Source of the DNA: Octopus sinensis
Lineage: Eukaryota
DNA: 17,022 nucleotides
Assembly (NCBI RefSeq): GCF_006345805.1
Contig: NW_021825188.1
Location: 1 to 17,022, forward strand
Direction: 5' to 3'
Shown: in pieces, positions 7,763 through 15,824 of the stretch
Numbering within the stretch: the first letter of the stretch is position 1
Layout of the letters: the number at the start of each line of letters is the position of its first letter
Program-made: the position numbers and the translations under genes
Notes under the pieces: generated by a model
The model's input: the letters and a program-made list of their open reading frames with translations, nothing else
The model's database searches: none
What the model was told of the DNA's origin: nothing

Positions 7763-9783
7763 ATATGTTTGACTTTTGCTTTATATTTGCACAAGCTGGC
7801 TCCAAGTCTCACCCAGAGACCTCAAGAGACAACAGGTTGGAAGTTCATGTTGTTATGCCTAGTGTGCCATATATTTGATTTTGTATTTAGTGTTGTACTA
7901 GTGAATGCTTAAAAAAACTATACGAAAATTATGTTTGTTTCAAAACTTGAGGTTATATAGAAAGTATTTTGCGTAGGATATGAGCAGTTCCCATGAGCAC
8001 TATCTTTTGAATTTCTGACATTTTGGGGTTTCCTGGTATCTGAGTTAGGTAGCAATCAGCCCCTTTTGCTATCATTCCCAGGGCACCTATGACAACAGGT
8101 ATTATTTTAGTCTTCAGGTTCCACATTTTGCTGATTTCTATTTCCAAATCTTTATATTTGCTCAGTTTTTGGTAGGTTTTGACAGATACGTTTATCGATT
8201 GGGACAGTCATATCAATGAGGAGGCATGTTTTTTGTCTGAAGTATTTTACTATGATGTCTGGCCTATTCGCATCTATCTTTTTGTCAGTTTGAACGGTGA
8301 AGTTCCAGAGGAGTGAGATGTGGTCATTTTCAAGCACTGGAGGTGGTTTGTGTTCCCACCAGTTTTTTTCATGGGGCAAATCCAGGTTTTTGCAAATTAC
8401 CCAGTGAATATATTGTGCAGCTCTATCATGCCTGTTGAGATACTCTGTCGGCGCTAGAAGACTGCACTTGGAGACAACATGATCAATGGTTTCATTTTGT
8501 TGTTGACATACACGACACGTTGGGCTACTGCCGTTCTTTAATATGTTGGCCTGGTAGTTCCTTGTAGGTAGGCATTGATCTTGAGCTGCTATGATAAAAC
8601 CTTCAGTTTCAGATTTTAAGCCAGAGGCCATTAGCCATTGATGGGCCAGGGCTTTGTTAACATCTGCATTATTCGCTCTCTTTGGGTATTTGCCATTGAG
8701 AGGTTTTTCTTGCCATTTATCATTCAGAATATCTAAGGCAGCAGTTTTAGCACGGGTTTTCATGCGCTTAACTTTTTCTGTGCTAGTTTCTTGTATGTCT
8801 AATTCTGGACTTTGTTGTATTCGGAATTCACTTAGATATTCCTTTGCCTGTTTTGTTACTGAGTATGATACTTTCTTGTTTTCATGTTTTGAGACAAGTT
8901 TTAACATCTAATCCTCAGAGTTTTTCAGGTAGGTGTCTAGGCCAATTGTAGCAACCTTCATTGTTATTGCCAGTTGTAAAAGCCCACGGCCTCCCTCTTT
9001 TCTTGGTAGATAAAGTCGTTCTATATCTGCCTTAGGTTGGTGCATTCTATGCATTGTCAACAGTTTTCGTATTTTTCTGTCAAGATTACATATTTCAGTA
9101 ATTGACCAGTTAACGATATGGAAACTGTAAGTCACGACTGGTATGGCTAAAGCATTGATCGCTTCGATCCTGTTTCTCGCATTCAGCTCTGTCTTGAGTA
9201 TTGCTCTTACTCTGCGATAACATTCTCTCCTGATCCTTTCCTTCATCATTGAATGCCTTATTCCGTCCCCTTCAATTACCCCTAGGTACTTGTAGCTCTC
9301 CGCTGGGTCTAACTCTTTTATGACATTCTGCTGGTCGAGGTAAACGTTAGATGTTTCTGTCATTTTTCCTTTGATTAAAGTAGCTTTTGCACATTTATCG
9401 AGGCCAAATTGCATTCTGATGTCATCACTGAATTGTTTAACAATCGCTAGTAAGCTATGACCAAGTTGTTGGTCATTTGCAAAGAGCTTTAAATCATCCA
9501 TGTAAATGAGATGATTTATATTTTTATCCAACATTTTATATCCATACTGCGCGTCATTGAGCAGTTTTGAGAGAGGTATTAAGGCTAAACAAAAGAGGAG
9601 AGGTGATAGTGAGTCACTCTGGAAAATGCCACACGAAATTTTTACATCACCAGCATTTAGAGATTCATTGTCGCTGTTCAAAGTTAGTGTGGTTCTCCAT
9701 GATCTCATACTTATAGACAAAAAGTTTCGCAGAGTAGGCGCTATTTTGTACATTTCCAGGCATTTCTTAATCCAGCTATCTAA
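7763..9783 (-). mobile_element. 5'-truncated R4/Dong-clade non-LTR retrotransposon (RT + CCHC + restriction-like endonuclease)
   Basis: RT motifs GIFQSDSLSPLLF, HLIYMDD (YMDD at 9493-9504) and YKYLG; ETEGFIIAAQDQ linker; zinc knuckle CRVC-x8-H-x4-C (8464-8517); RHD; RLE PDII...LLID...K. A ~190-bp 3' UTR runs directly into (TAA)n. Truncated within the RT just upstream of SWIKKCLEMYK. Confidence 0.93.
7953..9783 (-). pseudogene. Disrupted RT-RLE polyprotein ORF of the R4/Dong element
   Basis: ORF-track pieces 8908-9753, 8152-8907 and 7953-8147 join through one in-frame TAG (8908-8910, probably TGG) and one frameshift in an A-run near 8191-8193. Correcting that frameshift restores ..VSVKTYQKLSKYKDLEIEISKMW. 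Confidence 0.9.
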
Positions 9784-10005
9784 TCTAGATCTTTAGTCCC
9801 TTAGCTCTTTAGCTAACGGCTAACGGCTAAAGAGCTAGACATATCGATGTCTGAGAATCCTGATAGGGAGCGACAGATGTGGTGTTTTTACACCTTTTTA
9901 CCACAAGAGAGTATTTTCCTCCACGGTTTCACGGTAACGGCTATGAATTTGTCTTTTAGCAGTGGAAATATGTCATAGACATATATTAACTAACCTAAAC
10001 TATAT
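9784..10005. mobile_element. Unclassified hairpin-rich repeat fragment at the LINE 5' junction
   Basis: Four small inverted repeats (9802-9837, 9837-9852, 9881-9894, 9968-9984) and a taactaacctaaac tract. Class not determined. Confidence 0.4.
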
Positions 10006-10007
10006 TT

Positions 10008-10041
<34 letters not shown>

Positions 10042-10084
10042 GCGTGTGTGCTTGTGTGTATGTGTGTGTGTGTGTGGATCAAAT

Positions 10085-10270
10085 GGAAAGAAAATAAAAG
10101 AGAGAGACAGGTGAGCGAACAACAAGTAGGTGCATTAGTTTGACGCACTGGAACAATAAAAAAGTTTTTGATGTTTCGAGCCTACGCTCTTTGTTTAGAG
10201 ACGAGAGGCAAAAAATGGAGAAGGAGATAAAAAAAACGGAGAAAAATTATGTTGGGATTAACGGTTCCGC
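10085..10270 (-). mobile_element. Decayed copy of the short hammerhead-scaffold element family also at 15470-15580
   Basis: An identical 17-mer gtttcgagcctacgctc occurs at 10173-10189 and 15527-15543. Upstream attagtttgacgc matches attagtttaacgc. Confidence 0.65.
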
Positions 10271-10274
10271 ATGT

Positions 10275-10500
10275 GTGTGTATATCTGTGTTTGCCCTCTA
10301 CCCACCGCTTGACAAACGGCATTGGTTTGTTTACGTCCTCGTAAAATTAACGGTTCGGCAAGCGCGTGCGTTAGAACAAATACTGAATTCAAAAGAAGGA
10401 AAAAACACTCTTAAATACTAGGATCTATTTGTTCGGCTCAATCCACTGTGGTTATGCTGCCTCATCACTCCCGTCCAATATAAATAAAAGCTAAAAAGAA
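10275..10500 (+). mobile_element. Diverged 3' half of the bipartite SINE
   Basis: cgcttgacaaacggcattggtttgtttacgtcctcgtaaaattaacggttcggcaa aligns with the 3' halves at 3840-3978 (+) and 12330-12490 (-). Confidence 0.75.
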
Positions 10501-10547
10501 AAAAAGAAAAGTTAATAAGAAAAAAAGTACTAGAAAAAGTTTTTCGA

Positions 10548-10612
10548 GTGCTGGTGGTGGTGATGGTGGTGGTGTGGTGGTGGTGTGGTGGTGGTGGTGT
10601 GGTGGTGGTGGT
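10548..10612. repeat. (GGT)n microsatellite
   Basis: Direct reading. Confidence 0.9.
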
Positions 10613-10649
10613 AGGGAGATGTTCGAAGGTTCCGCTTGGACAACAGCGC

Positions 10650-10908
10650 TTATTTACTTGAACCTGATCCTTAATAGGCTCTGATAGGGCTCGTTTCCCG
10701 GTTTTCGTGACGCATAAATTCCTCACCTGGACGGGTCATCGGGCTATCACAAGATTACTCATTGTTGCCAGCTGAGTGGACCGGAGCAACGTGAAATGAA
10801 GTGTCTTGCTCAAGAACAACAACAACAACAACACATCGCCCGGTCCAGGAACGAAACCACAATCTTACTATCATGAATCCGACGCCCCAACCACTTATCC
10901 ACCCGCCA
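10650..10908 (-). mobile_element. Diverged tRNA-derived SINE (CORE-like body plus V-like tail)
   Basis: Degenerate A box tggataagtgg and B box ggtttcgttcc on the minus strand. Body ccagctgagtggaccggagcaacgtgaa...gtgtcttgctcaag matches the 1017 SINE; tail tttcccggttttcgtgacgca matches the 1866 SINE. Confidence 0.75.
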
Positions 10909-11723
10909 CTACAAAATTCCGTAGAACTCTAAAATTCTCTAAAGTTCTCTGACTTTAGACTTCTGACTTCAAAACTGTTTGCATGTCTTCGGATTTGGAA
11001 ACTTACAAGAAAAATTCCTCGTTGTTTCCGCTTTGTCTTCACCTTAATTTTCATTGTATTGTTGTTAAAATCGTTGTTGTAATTATCCAATCAGTGTTTC
11101 TTGTTTGATTCTTTATTTTCTTTTTTTTTTTCAGTGTTGATTTTTTTCAGAAGTTCTTTTATTCTTTTCTGTTTTATTTATTTATTTATTTATTTTATTT
11201 ACATTAGTGACGTCCGAACTTCTGTGGGAAGTGGAAATACACTAAGAACCGCAAGGAATGGCATTTAATTTTTATTTATTTTATTCTGTTTTTAAAATCA
11301 TTTTTACCACCAGTTTCATTTTTTTATTGTTATTTCGTACTTTCTATTTCTCCGTCTTTTAAATTAAAAGAAAAAAACCCTTACGCTATTTTTATTTATT
11401 TTCCCTTATTTATCGTTTATTATTATTTATATTTTTTATTTTCCCTCATCCTTTGTTGATTGTGTTTATTTCTTACATAGACTCACTTGTTTGTCTTTTC
11501 TTAATTTATAAACAAAAACCCATTACAGTTGGTCCTTTTGATAGAATTCTTATGTTTTTCATTTCCACTTTTGGTTGCTTGCTAGTTAATTTATGGGTTT
11601 TTTTTCTGTCTAATGACCTTATGACCTTTACATTAGCAAATCCCTTTTTTTGTCGTTCTCTGAGACGTCACAAACTAATAAAATAAAACCATTCAAGGAA
11701 GTGCAAGCGACAGATGATACCTA

Positions 11724-11820
<97 letters not shown>

Positions 11821-11826
11821 TAATAC
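11724..11826. repeat. (AAT)n microsatellite
   Basis: Direct reading. Confidence 0.97.
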
Positions 11827-11957
11827 CAACGAGTTCCTTGCGAAGTTGAATTAGATCTGTGATCATCGACAAACAGGATTTAAGAGACAGCAAAAATATG
11901 AAAGAAAATTGGTCCCTAATGCATATTAAACCAGGATACTGAAATATTTATCTCCTT

Positions 11958-11984
11958 TACAGGGGCTGGACAAAATAATGGAAA
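11958..11984 (+). mobile_element. Possible solo Tc1/mariner-type terminal inverted repeat preceded by TA
   Basis: TA|CAGGGGCTGGACAAAATAATGGAAA resembles CAGGGGTTGGACAA-type Tc1 TIRs (recalled). No partner TIR found in the window. Confidence 0.4.
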
Positions 11985-12284
11985 TCTTCTCGAGAAGATT
12001 GCATAAAAAATATGCTGTCTTCGAAACATGTGTCGAGAGTAAAGGAATTTTGTTAACACCTTCGTTCGACTCTATTCTTTCATTTATTCATATATTTATA
12101 TATATATCTGTATGTATGTATGTATGTATGTATATACATATACAAAAGTACAAATAAAGGTTACAAACCTCATTGAGGGATAGCAAAATCCTATGAAAGA
12201 ACTGGTTAGTTACCTATACAAAGAATGTTGAACATTACAGTTTAATACTCAACTGTAAGGCAACTAAATAAACCCTGGTTTATT

Positions 12285-12499
12285 ACTCTTTACTCTTTTC
12301 TCTTTTAGTTGTTCCAGTCATTTGACTGCGGCCATGCTGGAGCACCGCCTTTAGTCGAGCAAATCGACCCCGGGACTTATTCTTTGTAAGCCGAGTACTT
12401 ATTCTATCGGTCTCTTTTTGCCGAACCGCTAAGTGACGGGGACGTAAACACGCCAGCATCGGTTGTCAAGCAATTCTAAGGGGACAAACATATACACGC

Positions 12500-12554
<55 letters not shown>

Positions 12555-12720
12555 TACGACAGGCTTCTTTCAGTTTCCGTCTACCAAATCCACTCACAAG
12601 GCATTGGTCGGCCCGAGGCTATAGCAGAAGACACTTGCCCAAGATGCCACGCAGTGGAACCGAACCCGGAACCATGTGGTTGGTTAGCAAGCTACCTACC
12701 ACACAGCCACTCCTGCGCCT
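12285..12720 (-). mobile_element. Full-length tRNA-derived bipartite SINE with internal (TA)n
   Basis: Minus strand: A-box-like tggctgtgtgg (12699-12709) and B box ggttcggttcc (12656-12666); internal TA tract ~12505-12555; 3' tail of agagtaa-type repeats. Confidence 0.92.
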
Positions 12721-12744
12721 ATATATATATTTATTTATTACAAT

Positions 12745-13395
12745 ATGATGAGAAAATACAGAAGCAATTAATAAATTAGGATATATTAATTAGAAAATTG
12801 ACAAACATCCCTTACAACTGTTTCAATTCCAGACCTTCAGAAAATTAATTGATAAAATTAAAAATTATTTGGAAGTCGAATCTCTTCAGAGGTAGTTTAA
12901 AACATACAAAATAGGTGTTCAATTCCTGCATGTTGAGTAAACGGCTACAAACCGTTAACTGATAACATTTATACACAAAAAACACAGTATAAAACATGTT
13001 ATAGGCCTTAGAAGGGGAGAATCACCTCCCCTTCACTGTTCGGTTTCTATTGATTTTCGTATTTGGTCCTATCTCCACTTATACATACTTTAATTATAGT
13101 GTATTTTCACCTATCTCCTAGCAAGCATAATAATTCCTTTAAAAATTCTCCTGTAGCCCCACCGTCTCTCTTTAAGCGTACTGCTATCTCATGTACGATA
13201 AACATTTTACGGTTCTTTTTTAATCTCCTTGCATGAACTTATACATTCACTGGGTCTCATTTGTGTATATTCCTAATTTAGATTGTTCCTACTTTTTCAT
13301 TAGCTCTTCACCTCTAAATTAAATTAATCACACTATATGAACCAAACCTGTAGCTATTTTCTAACTCACTGTAAATAATACACATTTATTTCTAT
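12745..13395 (-). mobile_element. Decayed Penelope-like element 3' end (GIY-YIG endonuclease remnant followed by a hammerhead)
   Basis: Frameshifted minus-strand translation gives LGIY (13265-13276), a C..C/G...KRT-like stretch, HEIAVR, IRKSIE (13045-13062; cf. PLE IRESIEI) and NSEGEVILP. A hammerhead follows at 12803-12898 on the same strand. Confidence 0.6.
12803..12898 (-). ncRNA. Type I hammerhead ribozyme with extended stem II
   Basis: Stem I AAAC-ta-CCT / AGG-gat-GTTT; core CTGAAGA 12889-12883; stem II GATTC-GAC...GTC-tg-GAATT (G10.1-U11.1 wobble); GAAA 12824-12821; C-agtt-G; GUA triplet, predicted cut between 12813 and 12812. Confidence 0.7.
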
Positions 13396-13424
13396 CTAGT
13401 TTCGCTTTGGTATGTCGCTTTGAA

Positions 13425-13707
13425 AAGTCGACCTCGGCCGAATTTGAACTCAACGTAAAGACAGATGAAATACTTATTTCTTTACTACCCACAAGGGGCT
13501 AAATACAGAGAGGACAAACAAAGACAGACAAACGGATTAAGTCGATTACATCGGCCCCAGTGCGTAACTGGTACTTATTTAATCCACCTCGAAAGGATGA
13601 AAGGCAAAGTCGACCTCGACGGAATTTGAACTCACAACGTAGTGGCAGATGAAATACCGCTAAGCATTTCGCCCGGCGTGCTAACATGTCTGCCAGCTCG
13701 CCGCCTT
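13425..13707 (-). mobile_element. tRNA-derived SINE with Meta/MESC-like central domain and a partial second monomer
   Basis: Head aggcggcgagctggcagacatgttagc...gagttcaaattcc (B box); central gaggtcgactttgcctttcatcctttcgaggt (Meta-like, recalled); 13427-13473 repeats 13609-13657. Confidence 0.85.
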
Positions 13708-13789
13708 TGGATTTTTTAAATATTGAAAGGTTTTGAGGGTTCACCCAAGTAAGATAGGAAGTGAAGGGGTCTTATAGGTGAAAAGATGG

Positions 13790-14060
13790 TCGGGAACTAC
13801 AGGTCAACATGGATGAGATTTCCTTTAAATCCAGGTTTAACAACAGCCCTATCTATAATGCACCGCGTGGGATGGAGGTTGTTCATAGATAGATGTTCCT
13901 AGAACCGTACGAGGGTTTGATTGATCGACCATGCTGTGGAATTCAGGCGCAAACCTCTTCGTTAAAACCTTGGTCAGAAGTCTTTGATTTTACCTTCAGC
14001 AGATTTATGGATTCGAAATTAGCGATATAATGATATCTAGTGTTTTGCCAAGTGGGTATT
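13790..14060 (-). mobile_element. Decayed L1/Tx1-clade reverse transcriptase fragment
   Basis: Frameshifted translation NF..INLLKV.. LLTKVLTKRF (13951-13980) ...GTSIY NLHPTRCIIDR (13848-13880) ..KPGFKGNLIHVD, matching the L1/Tx1 pattern RPI.LLN.D.KIL.K.L..RL ... GR.I.DNL...R.II......G.L..LD. Confidence 0.75.
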
Positions 14061-14359
14061 GATAACTTACTGGTTCACACCCTCAACGCCGTCGTTGGCA
14101 TCATCATCATTATCAGCGACATTGTAATCGTCGCTGTCATCATGATGTGTGAATCAAGCAAACAGGATGTAACATTCCTCACTTACCACTCTTGATGGCC
14201 CCAACCGAACGGGGATGTTGTAGGATGTGTATAATAGGAATTGAATGGCTTTGCTATCTCTCCCAGCCGAAGCCAAAAACAGGACATGACTAAATAATGT
14301 TATGTACCACACACACACACACACACACACATATCCATTATTCATACAAGAGTTGCACT

Positions 14360-14519
14360 TGCGTGACTGTGTGGTAAGAATTTGGCTACCAAACCACATG
14401 GTTCCTGATTCAGTCCCACAGTATGGTACCTCGAGCAAGTGTCTTCTATATCCTCGAGCCGACCATAGCCTTGTGAGTGGATATAGTAGAAGGAAATTGA
14501 AAGAAACCCGTCGTATGTC

Positions 14520-14587
<68 letters not shown>

Positions 14588-14596
14588 CGTGTGTGT
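14360..14596 (+). mobile_element. 5' half of the bipartite SINE followed by its internal (TA)n(TG)n tract
   Basis: Aligns with 3543-3702; the 3' half is absent and the foldback begins immediately after. Confidence 0.85.
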
Positions 14597-14603
14597 AATA
14601 TAA

Positions 14604-14773
14604 TATGTGACAATTATTCGGTTGGCATAATAAGATTCCGAGTTTCGGATGTCGGGGCGGAAACCTGCTCCGGCATCTCGTCATTATCAATAACTGACGA
14701 GATGCCGGAGCAGGTTTCCGTCCCGACATCCGAAACTCGAATCTTATTATGCCAACCGAATAATTGTCACATA
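14604..14773. repeat. Near-perfect foldback with 80/79-bp arms and an 11-nt centre
   Basis: 14604-14683 is the reverse complement of 14695-14773 except for one extra C (gattccgag/gattcgag) and one G-T pair (14657/14721). Confidence 0.96.
14689..14748 (+). ncRNA. Type I hammerhead ribozyme forming the right arm of the foldback
   Basis: Stem I AATAA(14689-93)/TTATT(14744-48); core CTGACGA 14694-14700; stem II GATG...CATC+C; GAAA 14732-35; C-TCGA-A (palindromic loop, C/A mismatch at 15.2-16.2); AUC triplet, predicted cut after 14743. Confidence 0.65.
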
Positions 14774-14848
14774 CAATACAGATAAATTCCTCTATTTACA
14801 TAATATCGATGTCTCTTTTATTCTTTTATTTTCTTACCATTACTATTA

Positions 14849-14880
<32 letters not shown>

Positions 14881-15059
14881 ATATAAATTAATATAAACAG
14901 CAATGAGCAATGTGTATATTGTGTGCGTGAGTCTTTATGTCTGTGCTTTTCTCTCACCACCACCACTGCTTGTGGTTATGAAATCTTTTATTTCACAACC
15001 TTTTTTCACTTCACAAAGCTTTTTTCTATATCCTTGCAAACTTTTTTTCCAAAAAACTG

Positions 15060-15380
15060 TAACAAAATTCGATATGATTTCAAATTCTGTAAGTAGGAGA
15101 TATTTTAAACTTTCCCAAATTTTAAAACTATTTTAATCGAAGTTTTGTACCTCTGATGAGGGAAATATGACTATTTGTATTGGCTGGAAAACTCGCCCAA
15201 TAAAAACGCATTCTCCGAAACGATCGTAAGGTTCTGTACGACTGCTTTTCTTTGGATTGTAATACTGGAGCGCTTGAAACCTATTATTTCGATCAATTTT
15301 TATGTATTTTGTATTCCCACGATAAAAGAATTTGACCTATGAAAATCTGTCCTCTACTTTGATTTCTGATATATATATAT
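15060..15380 (+). mobile_element. Probable PLE 3' end / pseudo-LTR carrying the 15149-15232 hammerhead
   Basis: A short ORF ends (NSVSRRYFKLSQILKLF*) 12 nt before the ribozyme, loosely like a PLE C-terminus. A T-rich 3' region ends in a TA run. The left boundary is uncertain. Confidence 0.45.
15149..15232 (+). ncRNA. Type I hammerhead ribozyme with fully canonical core and extended stem II
   Basis: Stem I ACCT(15149-52)/AGGT(15229-32); CTGATGA 15153-59; G15160-C15216 opening stem II (GGGAAAT/ATTCTCC), with distal TATTGG/CCAATA; GAAA 15217-20; palindromic CGATCG; GUA triplet, predicted cut after 15228. Confidence 0.8.
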
Positions 15381-15469
15381 CAAGGCACCAATATTTACTG
15401 GAAAATAGCAATCGATATAAATACGACGCTATTGTACAGCTTCACTGCGTATTTACTAGCAAAGACGTG

Positions 15470-15580
15470 TGTGTGCAACAAACAGAAGTATTAGTTTAAC
15501 GCTAGGGAAGTGAAAAAGTCTTTAACGTTTCGAGCCTACGCTCGAATACAGAAAGAAACAAAGAGAGAAAATAAAGAATG
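15470..15580 (-). mobile_element. Short element with a minimal hammerhead scaffold but a non-canonical core (15519-15556)
   Basis: Stem I TCTTT/AAAGA, core CTGTATTC, stem II GAGC-gtag-GCTC, GAAA-CG-TT. Same family as 10085-10270. Confidence 0.65.
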
Positions 15581-15593
15581 TGTAGTGGCTACG

Positions 15594-15596
<3 letters not shown>

Positions 15597-15636
<40 letters not shown>

Positions 15637-15652
15637 GTGTATGTATCTAGAC

Positions 15653-15694
<42 letters not shown>

Positions 15695-15780
15695 GTACGT
15701 GTGTGTGTGTGTGTGTATCTATATATATATGTATGTATGTATAAATATATATATATGTATTATGTATGTGTTATATTATG
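15597..15780. repeat. Compound (CA)n/(TA)n/(TG)n microsatellite
   Basis: Direct reading. Confidence 0.95.
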
Positions 15781-15824
15781 TTATATTATAGCGTACATAA
15801 TGACATAAAAACAAGAGAAGCGCA

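Noticed and set aside
8654-9796. Plus-strand ORFs 8654-8911 and 9557-9796
   Set aside because: Antisense shadows of the LINE RT ORF.
10920-11700. T-rich stretch with acceptor-like ttttcag sites as intron/exon structure
   Set aside because: No exon with a consistent frame and donor could be supported.
11948-12050. Possible exon after the acceptor-like tctcctttacag (open frame GLDKIMEIFSRR...)
   Set aside because: No recognisable protein similarity, weak donor, and the start is better explained as a Tc1-like TIR.
12215-12280. Several 6-8 bp AT-rich hairpins (ttacagtt/aactgtaa, aataaacc/ggtttatt)
   Set aside because: Expected by chance at this AT content, and no conserved motif was recognised.
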